A stretch of 64,000 nucleotides of DNA from Candidatus Bathyarchaeota archaeon (GCA_963806535.1 CAWDYC010000003.1:96001-160000); one strand, 5' to 3'; positions 17,457 to 29,088 are shown, counted from the stretch's first letter. The notes: generated by a model not told the origin, from the letters alone. A program made the numbers and translations.

Positions 17457-19431
17457 ATGTCATGCCATTCAGATTCTTCTAATCTTAAAAAACCAAAAAA
17501 TAATGGATCACGCTTAACCATAGCTTTAGCGGGAAACGCAAACGTTGGAAAAAGCGTTCTCTTCAATCAACTCACAGGTTCAAGCCAAATAATCGGCAAT
17601 TGGCCAGGCAAAACTGTTGAGAAAGCAGAAGGCACCCTTACATTTGAAGGACAAAAAATTACAGTAATTGACTTGCCCGGCATCTATTCTTTTTCAACAT
17701 TTGGGATGGAAGAACTTGTCTCGAGAGAATACATCGCCACAGAGAACCCTAACGTTGTTGTAAACGTGGTTGACGCGGCCGTTTTGGAGCGCAACCTGTT
17801 TTTTACAATGCAACTTATTGAAATGGATGCGCCGCTGGTTATTTGTCTGAATCAATTAGATGAAGCTAAGAAAAAAGGCATAACAATCAACCTCAAAAAG
17901 CTTGAGCAACTTCTTGGTGTACCCGTCGTTCCTGCTGTAGCCATAAGAGGCGAAGGAATATACGAACTTACCAAAACAGCCGTAAATGTTGCACGAGAGT
18001 GTGGCAATCACAAGGAACATTACCTCCGATACGGCGATGAAATTGAGCAGCGAATAAGCAAACTTGAACAAATAATTCAAAACGCCAATCTGAACCTTAA
18101 TTACCCTTCCCGCTGGGTAGCTATCAAACTACTTGAAAATGACCCTGAAACCAAAAAGTTAGTGGCATTTTCTGAAACTATCAACAAAACCTCTGATGCT
18201 TTGGCAGCTGAAATCTCTGCAATCCATCATGAACCTTCGTTTGCAGTCATTGCAGCAGAACGGTATAGCTTGGCAAGTAAAATTGCGAATGAAGTTCAAC
18301 ATCAAGCCGAAGTGCGAACTACCATTTCTGACAAGGTAGAGTGGCTAACTACTCACAGAGTGTTCGGCTACGTTATATCAGCCGCAGTAATTGCAGGTTT
18401 ATTACTTTGGACATTCGGCATTGGGAACCTGCTATCAGGTTTATTCTCAAACGGCCTCTCGTTTTTTTCACCTGTCAATCCTTCGCTGAGCGGATCAATT
18501 CAAGGTATTCTTTGGAACGGAGTTTGGGGTGGAGTGGTTGCAAGTTTGACGCTGATTATTCCTTTTGTTGTACCCTTTTACTTGATGTTAGCCATGATAG
18601 AGGATTCAGGCATTCTTACTCGTGTGGCTTTCATGATGGATAGTGCCATGCATAAAATTGGTTTACATGGCAAGGCATTGATACCCTTAATTTTGGGGTA
18701 CGGCTGCAATGTACCGGCTATTCGCGCTTGCAGAATTATGGAAACTAAACGCGAACGGCTCCTAGCTGACTTTTGCCATTACATTTGCTCCTTGTGCAGC
18801 GAGAACTATCGTCATTCTTGGCTTGGTAGCTGTTTTCTTGGGTCCTTGGTGGGCGTTATCGCTGTATGTCATTAACATTGCGCTTATTTTCATTCTTGGA
18901 AAAATAGCATTAAAAGTTGTTCCTGGGCAATCCACAGGCTTGATTATGGAGATGAAATCCTTCAAGGTACCTTCTATAAAGGTTGTTGCTAGACAAACTT
19001 GGGCGCGAACCAAATCTTTGATTTACATTGTAGTTCCGCTTTACATCGCTGGAAGCGTCGCAGTCCAAGGCTTATATGCAGTGGGAGTTCTGCAGCAAAT
19101 AAGCAACGCGTTATCACCCGTCACAGTATTTTGGCTTGGGCTTCCGTCAATAGCTGGTGTATTGCTTATACTCGGGTTCGTCCGGAAAGAAATGGTGCTG
19201 CTTGCGGCAGTTGCAATCTTTAGCACAACCAACCTAGCTTTATTCTTCAGCCACACACAACTATTCGTTCTTGCCCTTGTGAACATGATTTACATTCCAT
19301 GTTTGTCCACTGTTGCAATAATCGCGAAAGATTACGGTTGGAAAACCGCTATCATCATGTCAATCGCAAACTTCGCCGTTGCAATATTAGTAGGAGGAAT
19401 AGCATTCCGTCTTCTCTCCCCATTCATGTAA
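17457..19431 (+). CDS. feoB: Ferrous iron transporter B, frameshifted near 18770-18830
   Basis: [38 protein letters not shown]. Confidence 0.92.
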
Positions 19432-19555
19432 TCTCTCACTTGTTTTTGATAAACAAGTAAACGCCAGTGATCCGCGGAATACACGTTAGGTTTTGGTTGT
19501 TTAATGACTTATGTGTTTTGTTTGATAGGCTAAAAGTGTGTTACTTTTTTTCAAC

Positions 19556-19717
19556 ATGAGTGAACATGGTTCTATGATCCGGTGGGTCCTCTTGTTTTTT
19601 GTTTTTGGTTTGTTTGGGATTTTTGCCTTTATTATTTTTCATTTGAAAGATAGAGTGTTTGAATCTGTTGGTTTGATTGGGTTTTTGTTTGTTTTATTTT
19701 GTTCAATAAGCGTTTAA
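19556..19717 (+). CDS. Possible 53-aa two-helix membrane peptide
   Basis: MSEHGSMIRWVLLFFVFGLFGIFAFIIFHLKDRVFESVGLIGFLFVLFCSISV; may be a by-product of T-rich sequence. Confidence 0.3.
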   Translation: MSEHGSMIRWVLLFFVFGLFGIFAFIIFHLKDRVFESVGLIGFLFVLFCSISV

Positions 19718-19790
19718 TTGCTGACAAATCTTTCTTCTTTTAGAATGTGGAAAAAGAGGTAATTTTGAGGATTTCTTTCGAAGGAAAAAA

Positions 19791-20129
19791 TTAAGTGGAC
19801 TCTTCGGAAGCAGCCTTTTCTTTAGCGCCAGAGCCCTTCTTATTTAAGCGAATCGCGAGCTGATGATTTTTTCTAGTTAAAACAATATCTTCTTCGGCAA
19901 TATTTTCGGCAATAACTTCTCCGTTGTATTTCATGCGACTAACGTAGCCAAGTTCTTTTAGTTCATTCATGAGTTGTTCGCGCAGTTTTCTAAGTTGCTC
20001 GCTTGTGGTTTCTGCATCTCTTTTAAAGCAAAATGTAATGGTTTTTTTCTCAGGTTCATAGTTTGCTCGCGTGCCCTTGCCAAGTTTTTCTACGTGGCCC
20101 CACACTACTTTGTCATCTGGTTCTCTCAT
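19791..20129 (-). CDS. Hypothetical protein
   Basis: ATG ORF starting 8 bp after the aIF2-alpha stop. Confidence 0.65.
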   Translation of the reverse strand: MREPDDKVVWGHVEKLGKGTRANYEPEKKTITFCFKRDAETTSEQLRKLREQLMNELKELGYVSRMKYNGEVIAENIAEEDIVLTRKNHQLAIRLNKKGSGAKEKAASEEST

Positions 20130-20137
20130 GTTTTCGC

Positions 20138-20929
20138 CTACGATTTTTCTCTTTTGAAGGAGCCATTTCCGCCTGCCTTAGTAATGTTTGTGACAACGTT
20201 CTGGCTTACTTCGTCAAGAAGTTCTTCAGCTCGTTTCCAGTTATCAGCCGAAACTTCGACGCTGTATCTGGGGGCGGCGATAACGCTAAATTCGATTTTA
20301 ACATCTTTAGCTTTTTGTCCTTTCTTGGCACCTAAAAATGCGTCCTGAATGCATTTGACTCCATTGGGTTTCATGCAGCGAATTTCCAGTACACCTCTAA
20401 CTTTCACCAATTTGATGTGAATTCGTTCTTCTGCAACTTCAGCGAAGGCTTTGGCAATATCCTCAGGTATCTCAAGTTTGGTTAGGGCGTCTATTCCTTC
20501 TTTAAGTACTTTTTCAAACCCCTCATATAAACCAACTTTTTCTTCAAGAATAATACCTGCTTTTTGGTAGACTTCATGAATAGGTAAACCCACTTTTTCT
20601 GCAACTGCACGTAAAAGTACTTCGCCTTTGCGGTCCTTTTTCCAAGCTTTGATTTTTTCGATTCTTTCCCGTTTTGTTACCCGTCTAAGGGATAAATCAA
20701 TGTGGCCTTTTTCAAGGTTAACATGAACAACTTTTAGGACCATTTTTTGTTTTTCCCGAACAAAATCACGGACATTTCTTATTCTAGCACTTGAAATTTC
20801 GGAGATGTGAAGGAAGCCTCGCTTATTATATTCATCTAGGTTAGCGTAGGCTCCATAATCCATAACACTCTCGATTGTAGCGATAACGAGGTCGCCAGAT
20901 TCAGGCCACTCAGGTTTATGTTCCGACAT
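20138..20929 (-). CDS. eif2a: Translation initiation factor aIF2 subunit alpha
   Basis: S1 domain (PESGDLVIATI...GFLHISEI...GHIDLSLRRV), AAPRY. Confidence 0.95.
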   Translation of the reverse strand: MSEHKPEWPESGDLVIATIESVMDYGAYANLDEYNKRGFLHISEISSARIRNVRDFVREKQKMVLKVVHVNLEKGHIDLSLRRVTKRERIEKIKAWKKDRKGEVLLRAVAEKVGLPIHEVYQKAGIILEEKVGLYEGFEKVLKEGIDALTKLEIPEDIAKAFAEVAEERIHIKLVKVRGVLEIRCMKPNGVKCIQDAFLGAKKGQKAKDVKIEFSVIAAPRYSVEVSADNWKRAEELLDEVSQNVVTNITKAGGNGSFKREKS

Positions 20930-20975
20930 AGGTTACATCTGCTCTAACAAACGAAAGGATATGGAATGGACTGCT

Positions 20976-21278
20976 TTATTCTTTTTTGTCCAATTTCACA
21001 ATATATATTTCTTTATTGCGTACTCTTAATGCTGTATTGAATTTTCTATCTGGTTTTTTGTTGTAGTTCTTAACTCTGAATGAGAACGGTGCGTACATTG
21101 ACCTAACTGTTTTTCCTTCTACTTCTACCTTAAACATTTTTTCGGGGCTTTCAATAATCTGTTTAAAAACTGCATCATATTCAGGAATTTTTGCGATTTT
21201 TCTGCCTTCAGGAATTTCCTTTACGGGAGTCGCTTTTGCGACTATTTTTTGGTTCTTACTTTTTTCTAGTTTACTCAT
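20976..21278 (-). CDS. Basic hypothetical protein
   Basis: 100-aa ORF co-oriented with eif2a. Confidence 0.55.
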   Translation of the reverse strand: MSKLEKSKNQKIVAKATPVKEIPEGRKIAKIPEYDAVFKQIIESPEKMFKVEVEGKTVRSMYAPFSFRVKNYNKKPDRKFNTALRVRNKEIYIVKLDKKE

Positions 21279-21479
21279 CTAATTCACACTATACAGCTAT
21301 ATACAGTAATCACTCTATTTAACACTATCATTTGCATAGTATAAATAATAATGGTTTATTCAAAATAATAGTAAATAATAGAACTTCAGCACAAAATACT
21401 TACTTCGCACTTTTATCTTTTAAATAGCAAGGTTTTAGAATGCGTGATGCACTTTGATTGCTTGGTTAAAGGTGAATAT

Positions 21480-21602
21480 ATGAGCGTTATGAAAAGGAAG
21501 AAGAAGAATACACAGCTTGAACAGCAAAAGAAAGCCCAGCGAGAAAAAGATGCAAAAAAGAAAGCGATGCGATCACAGCTTCCGCCAAAAGGGAAGAAAT
21601 AA
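21480..21602 (+). CDS. 40-aa Lys-rich small protein (absent from ORF track)
   Basis: GGTGA 4 nt before ATG; MSVMKRKKKNTQLEQQKKAQREKDAKKKAMRSQLPPKGKK. Confidence 0.6.
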   Translation: MSVMKRKKKNTQLEQQKKAQREKDAKKKAMRSQLPPKGKK

Positions 21603-21860
21603 GACCCCTTAAATTTAAAAAACAAAATAATTACTTAAAAAGTAATTTGCAAAGAGGCTTAGAATGCCTTATTCTTGCAATAAATCACTTTTTTAAATTT
21701 AAAGAATATTATTTTTGAGTAGTTTTTCTTTTTTACTTGTGCCTGCATCAGATAAATTCTTACATTATTTTCTATTCAGAGTTTTGCATTGCTCAAATCT
21801 ATGTGTTAATGGGGCAAACTTAAATTATACAATGCGCCCTACGGGATATAACAAACGGTA

Positions 21861-23036
21861 GTGTGCATGAGGCGGATTCCAACACAGTTCTTCACTCCAG
21901 TATGCAGAAATCCCCAACTCGCAAGGAGTTTCGCTAGAGGAGCATACAGAGAATTTGTTAAAACAAAATTAGATTATGGAAATGAAGATGGAAGCAGCTC
22001 TGCCCTATGGCTACTGAGCTTAAGAATTACTCACCGGTGCAATCATCGATGTGCAATCTGTGCGCAATGGGGGCAAACCGGATATAACGCGAGAGAAGAC
22101 ACGCCGAAAGTTACGGGTGAAGTTCCAATAGAAGTTTACAAAAAAGTAATAGATGAAGTCGCCCCATCAAAAGTTCACGTTTACATAACAGGTGGAGAAC
22201 CCTTCCTCTACGAACCACTTATTCCGCTTGTTAATTATATGAAAGAAAAAGGTTTGACTGTTCAAATAGTTACAAATGGTTCATGTTTAGAAAAAAATGC
22301 AGAAACCATAGTTGACAACGGATGGGATATGATTTGCGTATCCTTCGATGGTCCAAGAGACATTCACGATAAATGCCGAGGCGTTCCAGGAGCGCTAGAT
22401 GCGACAATCAAAGGTATAACGGCAATTCAAAAATTGAAAAAAGAGAAAAAGAAATCTAAACCTGCAATCTTTGTCTTAACAACAATCTCAAAGAATAATG
22501 AAAACTATTTGCTTGACACAGTTAAAGAAGCAGAAAAGTTAGGCCCTGACGGCATGACAGTTTACTACTCTTGGTTCACACAAGAATGGATAGGGCAAAA
22601 GCATACTAAGATAGCAGAAGAAAAATTAGGCATAACACCTTTTGCATGGAAAGGCTATGTACGAGACACAACAAAAATGAATATTGACAATATCGCTGAA
22701 CAAGTACAGATTATTAAATCTAGAAAATCAAAGTTACCTATTCTATTTGTTCCCAACCTCAAGCCCGAGGAGATACGAACTTACTATAATGAACCCGAAA
22801 ATTTCTTCGGTTACAAAAAATGTGTTTCACCATGGTTCCAATTAGATGTAATGCCAAATGGAGATACAGTAACATGCAGAGACTTTCCAGACTTCGTGAC
22901 AGGAAACATTAAGGAATCAAGTATCCACGAAATATATAACAGTGAAAAACACCGCAAATTTAGACGCGCACTAAGAAGCTGTGAGAATGGAGTTTTTCCA
23001 ATCTGCTCTCGATGCTGCGGCTTAATGGGGTACTAA
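21861..23036 (+). CDS. Radical SAM protein with SPASM/twitch domain
   Basis: CNHRCAIC, TGGEP, C-terminal CVSPW...CRD...CSRCC. Confidence 0.9.
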   Translation: MCMRRIPTQFFTPVCRNPQLARSFARGAYREFVKTKLDYGNEDGSSSALWLLSLRITHRCNHRCAICAQWGQTGYNAREDTPKVTGEVPIEVYKKVIDEVAPSKVHVYITGGEPFLYEPLIPLVNYMKEKGLTVQIVTNGSCLEKNAETIVDNGWDMICVSFDGPRDIHDKCRGVPGALDATIKGITAIQKLKKEKKKSKPAIFVLTTISKNNENYLLDTVKEAEKLGPDGMTVYYSWFTQEWIGQKHTKIAEEKLGITPFAWKGYVRDTTKMNIDNIAEQVQIIKSRKSKLPILFVPNLKPEEIRTYYNEPENFFGYKKCVSPWFQLDVMPNGDTVTCRDFPDFVTGNIKESSIHEIYNSEKHRKFRRALRSCENGVFPICSRCCGLMGY

Positions 23037-23065
23037 AAATTTTTTTCCTCGCTGGTTGATTACTT

Positions 23066-23806
23066 ATGGAACCCGTCGACGTTGCCATTCTCACAATGAA
23101 CAGCGAACGTTTGCTCAATGAATGTATTAATTCTGTTTACAGAAACATACCAGTTCACAATCTCATCATTGTTGACGGTTACTCCACTGACTGCACAGTA
23201 AATATAGTGAAAGAATTTCAGCAAAAATATGGAAATGTAATTTTCGTTCAAGAAAAAGGAACCAGAGGCAGCGCTAGACAGAGTGCAATTCAACTTGTTA
23301 AAACCGACTGGTTCGTGTTTGTAGATAGCGATGTTATCTTGTCAAAAAACTGGTTTGCTGAGGCAGAAAAACTTGTAAGAGATAACGTAGGCGCTATCTG
23401 GGGTATTGAAATTTGGTCGGTCCTGCAAGGAAGAATAATATTAAAGATGTTTGAAAGGGTTACACTAAAAATTTTCGAAAAAAGAGGCGGAACCCATGAC
23501 TTGCTTGTTCGACGAAAAACAGTAGAAGATATCAAAATACCCTTTCAACTGCACACTTACGAGGATGGGTACATCAAAGATTGGATAGGCAAAAAAGGCT
23601 ACAAAGTAATAGGCGTCTATGAACCCTACTGCGTTCATTATCGACCAGAAGAAGTGTGGACAGCCAGAAAACATGTTGAGTTTATGGTTAGCGACCTTAA
23701 ATATGCAGTTCACCGCCCGGCACTTCTGCTGTCGTACGCTTTTTACTCTCTTATTGTTGGTTACCAAATTGTTTTTAGTCGATTGAAGCCAGAAATCAAA
23801 AAGTAA
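23066..23806 (+). CDS. Glycosyltransferase family 2
   Basis: IVDGYSTD and FVDSD motifs. Confidence 0.88.
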   Translation: MEPVDVAILTMNSERLLNECINSVYRNIPVHNLIIVDGYSTDCTVNIVKEFQQKYGNVIFVQEKGTRGSARQSAIQLVKTDWFVFVDSDVILSKNWFAEAEKLVRDNVGAIWGIEIWSVLQGRIILKMFERVTLKIFEKRGGTHDLLVRRKTVEDIKIPFQLHTYEDGYIKDWIGKKGYKVIGVYEPYCVHYRPEEVWTARKHVEFMVSDLKYAVHRPALLLSYAFYSLIVGYQIVFSRLKPEIKK

Positions 23807-24143
23807 ACACCATCTCCAGCCGACAAAATTAAATTTAAATTAGATTTGGACAAATACTTAATTTTTCTATTGAAGAGTAAACCTGCATGAGAGGCAAATT
23901 ATGAAACTACAATTAAGATTAAACAATTTGGTTTTGAAATTGCCTCTTTTTGTATTGAAGCTTGTAGTCTATTCGGAATCTTCAGTTTTAACTATGACAT
24001 TTCTTTCATTATATGGCTTAATTCATGGCGTTGCATGTGTACCAAAAAACAGGATAGCTGCGATGAAAAGTTTATTCCATTATGGAATTAGGGTGATTAG
24101 ACATGGCCTGGGAACATCAATTCATGCAGTGTAAATTTTGAGA

Positions 24144-24383
24144 TTATTTGATTATTTCGCCTGTGGCTGATTTTTCGCCGACTTGTGTTATCTTTATTTT
24201 CACGCAGTCTCTTGGTTTGGCTTTTGGCACAATTATGGCGTAGCCTCGAATTTTTGACATCCCGTCTCCACTTGGACATATGTCGGTGATGTTTACTAAT
24301 AATTCCTCGCCTAACTCGACCGGACATTGTTTCTCAACATGCTTGATCGTGTAGTGTCCGCCTCGTACTCTTCTATGGACCAT
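24144..24383 (-). CDS. Single TRAM-domain protein (RNA chaperone/cold-shock type)
   Basis: PVELGEE...GDGMSKIRGYAIIVP...VKIKITQV. Confidence 0.85.
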   Translation of the reverse strand: MVHRRVRGGHYTIKHVEKQCPVELGEELLVNITDICPSGDGMSKIRGYAIIVPKAKPRDCVKIKITQVGEKSATGEIIK

Positions 24384-24540
24384 GCAAAAACCTTGCCTTG
24401 TTTCGTTTAATTATAAATGAGTGCTTAAATCTTCCGCGGTCTTATCTCCGTTCTTTTATCATTATTAGCAATTCATAATTGATATAGGTAATCGCTGCAA
24501 CTACTGAAGTAATCAGCTCGATGGTTGCAGAACTATTCAA

Positions 24541-27189
24541 ATGCAAAAAGAGATAGAAACTCAACCTACAATATTTATAGAAGGTTCAAAAACTAGGTCA
24601 ATCCGTATTTTACACGTTGACGACGATTCTTCAATGCTTGGGCTTTCTAAGCTGATGCTACTGGATTTTGACAATAGCTTTGAAATTGATCAAGCTTGCT
24701 GCGTCGAAGAGGGTCTCCGTAAATTAGCAGCCGGACATTATGATGTTGTTGTTTCCGATTATGACATGCCACAAAAAAACGGTCTTCAATTCCTAACCGA
24801 ACTGCGTGAACAAAAGAATGAAATCCCATTTATACTGTTTACAGGCAAAGGAAGAGAAGAAGTAGCCATAAAGGCATTAAATCTTGGAGCCGACGGATAC
24901 CACGACAAACAAGGTTCACCAGAAACCGTCTTCGGAGAACTAACACACATCATACGACGATGTGTAGAGCACTACAAAGCTAAACAAGACTTGATTAAAA
25001 GCGAAACCAAATACAGCTACTTATTCTCGAATATGTTAAACGGCTTTGCCTACTGCAAAATGATCTACGATGAAAAAAACAAACCTATAGACTTTGAATA
25101 CCTCGAAGTTAATGATGCTTTTACAAAATTAACAGGATTAAAAAGAGAAGCCGTTATCGGGAAAAAAGTCACTGAAGCAATTCCTGAAATTGAAAAAACA
25201 AACCCTGAAGTAATTGAAATCTACGGAAGAGTTGCCTTAACTGGAAAAGAAGAACAGTTTGAAATATTTTTCAATCCAATCAAAATCTGGTTATCGGTTA
25301 CCGCTTATTGCCCCGAAAAAGGATATTTTATCGCATTATTCGACAATGTTACTGAACGCAAAATAGCTCAAGAATCACTGCGTGAAAGCTTGATTCAATA
25401 TCAAAGTCTAATCAATGGAATGAACGATACGGCTTGGGTTATTGACTTTAGCGGAAACTTTTTACAAGTGAATGATGCAGCAGTAAAAGTACTCGGATAT
25501 ACTAAAGAAGAGTTACTTTCTATCGGAATAAAAGGAGTTGACACCTATCTAAGTAGAGAACAAGTTGAAAAAATAATAAGTGATTTACCCGCTTCCAAAA
25601 AACAAGTTTTTGAAACAATACATACCACTAAAGACGGAGTAGATATCCCGGTAGAAATAAGCGCAAGCCTAATAATGTACCAAGGAAAACCGGCAATACT
25701 AAGCGTTGCGAGAAATATCTCTGAGCGTAAGCGAGAGGAGATAGATTTGCAAAATAGTGAGGCGAAACTTCGCGCTGTTCTTGATGCAACACCATTTCCT
25801 GTTGCCTTGTTTGATATCAAGGATGATAGAATTATTTTTTGGAGTCGCAGCGCGCTGAAGCTTTTTGGGCATATTGCAAAAACCGCAGAGAACTAGTATG
25901 AGACAGCCTACCCGGACCCTGTTTACCGTCAAGAAGTGATTAATCGATGGAAGCCTACTTTGAAAAAGGCGCTCCGGACGAATCAATGGGTCAACACAGG
26001 AGAATACAACATTACTTGTCGTGATGGCTCTGTGCGAATTTGCGAACTCTACGCGGCGATATTAAAAGATCTGCTTATTGTCACGTTCAATGACATAACC
26101 GAGCGCAAAAAAGCTAAAAGAGAATTGCAAGAAAGTGAAGAGAGGTATCGATCGCTCTTTGAACAAGCACCTATTCCCGTTGCCATAACAACTTTAGATG
26201 GAACCTTCGTCGACGCGAACCTTGCAATGCAAACCTTCACAGGCCACTCTCTAAAAGAATTAGAAAAGATGTCTATTGAATCATTTTATCAAAACCCAAA
26301 AGAACGAAAGAAGTTACTTGAAATTTTCAAACGAGAAGGTGCGGTACCTGATTTCTTTACCCGTCTAAAAGACAAAAACAACAACATTATTGATGTTGTT
26401 TTGAACGTTTCAAAATTTCAAATTGGAAATGAGAGTTATCTCCGAACAACCATTCAAGATGTCTCTGATCTTGTGAAAGCTGAAGAGACACTGAATCAAA
26501 TCATGGATCAATTGGTATTGGTTATTGAAAAATTAGGTGTCGTAGGGAGTTTGACTAGACATGATGTCCGCAACAAGCTTTCAGCGGTGACTGGTTATGC
26601 GTACTTACTCAAAAAGAAGTATGCTAATAAGGCTGATATCGTAGACGGACTTTGCAAAATGGAAGAAGCTGTTAGAGATTCGATGAAGATTTTTGATTTC
26701 GCAAAAATGTACGAAGAGCTAGGTTCAGAAGTGCTAATCCCCACTAATGTCGGGTCTAAACTAAATGAAGCACTTACTCTATTTTCTAGTGAGTTACCTA
26801 AGACAATTAATGAATGCAGTAACTTGACTATTTTGGCAGATTCATTTCTAAGGCAACTTTTCTATAATTTCATAGATAACACCAGAAAATACGGTAAAAA
26901 AACTACATTCATTAGAGTATATTATGAAAAAACGGAAACTGGTGATTTGCAGCTGATTTATGAAGATGACGGTGTAGGCATTTCCGCAGAGAATAAGTCA
27001 AAACTCTTCTCTGAGGGCTATAGCACTGGCGGCAGCACTGGGTTTGGATTGTTCCTTATCAGAAAGATGATGGATATTTATGGTTGGTCGATCCAAGAAA
27101 CAGGCGAACCAGGCAAGGGTGCTCGATTCGTAATTACAGTTCCCAAGAAAAACAAATCTGGTCAACTAAATTATCAGACCAAATCTTAA
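24541..27189 (+). CDS. Hybrid receiver-PAS-histidine kinase, interrupted by in-frame TAG at 25894-25896
   Basis: Receiver (HVDDD, SDYDMP), PAS repeats, RHDVRNKL, DDGVG, GFGL; both ORF pieces share one frame. Confidence 0.88.
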
Positions 27190-27282
27190 GCGTACATTTT
27201 CTCCAATTATCCTGCTATCTTTCTAATGTTTGAATTTGCAGAAAGACCTATTGCAATCGGTTCTTGACTACCTCTATTTGAA

Positions 27283-27699
27283 TTAGATTGCGTCGGCTGC
27301 GATTTTCAGTTTTTGCTTTCTTGGGTATCGTCGATTTGTTCTGTTCTTAAGTATCTTTTCCAGAGATTTAACTGATTTTTGGTAAAGCTTCTTTTCCGCC
27401 ATAATGTTATTTGGCACTCCATGAACATACCACGAATGAAAATGATAACAGTGAAAGAAAAGCTGAATGTAGGTTTCTCCCATTTGGGTAGCTGCCTTTG
27501 TTAAAGTCTGGATGTTGTCTGTTTTTGTATTGGCAACTTGAGCAATATCGGTTTTCAAACCCTCCCACAGCAATTCCCCAGCTTCAGATAAAGCGTCGCC
27601 CTCTCCGCTCTCCAAATATTTAGCGTACAATTCTTTGCTTAGACCCAAAAACTTCTCGATTTCATTATTAACAATCATTTGGATCAATGAATTAAACAA
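27283..27699 (-). CDS. Hypothetical protein, weakly PaREP1/HEPN-like
   Basis: Helical; YLESG...SEAGELLW...HFHSWY pattern. Confidence 0.4.
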   Translation of the reverse strand: MFNSLIQMIVNNEIEKFLGLSKELYAKYLESGEGDALSEAGELLWEGLKTDIAQVANTKTDNIQTLTKAATQMGETYIQLFFHCYHFHSWYVHGVPNNIMAEKKLYQKSVKSLEKILKNRTNRRYPRKQKLKIAADAI

Positions 27700-27831
27700 A
27701 TTAGATATGGGTAAAAACCTTTGCTATAGATGCAATTTTTTTCCCATCAATAACTTACGGTTGAGAAACTTTTGGAAAATCTTGAAAAGTTGTTTGGGGT
27801 AAATTGATTAGAGGAGCTTGTAATTCGTTCA

Positions 27832-28068
27832 CTAAATAGACAATTTTTCCAAAAGAGAAAATCCAGTTAAGTGAATTTGACTCTGACATTTGTTACAGCA
27901 AATCACTATTTCTTCCAAACCGTGACTATTGACTTTTGGCTCCAGAATGTTGTAAGATTCTTCATTAGTCTCGTCTGGCGATATTACATTTCCACATCTA
28001 GGACATGAAAAGTCTCCGTTGCCTTCCATTTCAGTCAAATCCAATTTGTACGCTTGTGTCTGTTCCAT
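27832..28068 (-). CDS. Small CPxCG zinc-finger protein
   Basis: CPRCG...CNKC; GAGGT upstream. Confidence 0.75.
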   Translation of the reverse strand: MEQTQAYKLDLTEMEGNGDFSCPRCGNVISPDETNEESYNILEPKVNSHGLEEIVICCNKCQSQIHLTGFSLLEKLSI

Positions 28069-28381
28069 TCATCTTACCTCGCTCATCATTCAATTTTTCA
28101 GATTATAAAATTATGTTGTTACAAAATGAAACAACAATCATGTACTAACGTTTTGGAGTGTGTGAACTACGTTCTCTTTGGTTGTTTCCAAAATCTTTTA
28201 GGGAAATATTAGGAAGAGAGGTCTGGCGCAAAATATCATCATCAGAACATATAAAAAATATAAAATAAATTGTAGCTTGACTTATCTTATGTTACCCATT
28301 TCTCGAAAGACCTCAAGCACAAAAAACGGTTCTGGATCAACAAAAAAGTTGGAGAATAAAACTCCCTGTTGAATTCTTACC

Positions 28382-28672
28382 CTATGGCTTTGTGAGAGTT
28401 ATCTCGATCGTTGAAACCATTCGAGACCTGTTCTCGCCTTCTCTTGGCGGCATCTCGGCGGTACCGATTGCCACATTTGTCACTTTAAGTTCTTTTATAA
28501 AACGGTTTCTCGTGATTTCTGCGCAGTCAACTGCGGTCGTGATTGCTTGGCCTCTTGCTTTTAGAGTAATTTCTTTGTTTACGCCAGAAGAGAATGCGGT
28601 TATGATGGCGAGTACATAGCTCATTGGCGGTTTGTTTCCGACGAAGATTACGTCGCTAGGTTTTTCTGTCAT
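28382..28672 (-). CDS. albA: DNA/RNA-binding protein Alba
   Basis: IFVGNKPPMSYVLA, KARGQAITTAVD, VSTIEITL. Confidence 0.95.
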   Translation of the reverse strand: MTEKPSDVIFVGNKPPMSYVLAIITAFSSGVNKEITLKARGQAITTAVDCAEITRNRFIKELKVTNVAIGTAEMPPREGENRSRMVSTIEITLTKP

Positions 28673-28971
28673 ATTCTTGTCACTTCTCGATTTCAAAGGG
28701 CATCGTCTGGTATATGGCTAATGCCGTCTTAGCGATGACTCCCAAGCATTTCGGAGATTTATGTATCTTGGATGCATAAGGTTTAAAAAAAGAAAACCTT
28801 TTGCTTGACTGGGCAGGTTCAGAGGGAACTGCTGGATGGTTCGCCATCTTCATGCACTTCCGCAAACTCTAACCTCCCCGCTTGAATTTTCACGGTCATC
28901 CGAAATCCAGGAGCCGTAGAGAGAAAGAGGTGTTTCGAGTCCTACCTTATCCTCCGAACTTTGGCAACGAC

Positions 28972-29043
28972 TTGACAGAAAAAGGCTTTGATTACGTCAT
29001 CGAATTCGAAGGCACCAAGATCTTCAGGAAACGCAAATTCTAG
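28972..29043 (+). pseudogene. Possible C-terminal remnant of a tyrosine integrase
   Basis: LTEKGFDYVIEFEGTKIFRKRKF* resembles, from memory, the tail of Bathyarchaeia integrases; 45 bp from the tRNA-Leu 3' end. Confidence 0.45.
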
Positions 29044-29088
29044 CAGAATAATCACCCGTTGGGCCCCTTCAAAAGGTTCATTGATATG

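Noticed and set aside
28911-28950. GAGCCGTA...CCTACCTTAT resembling a group II intron 3' end
   Set aside because: A domain V stem cannot be formed and no reverse transcriptase gene is nearby.
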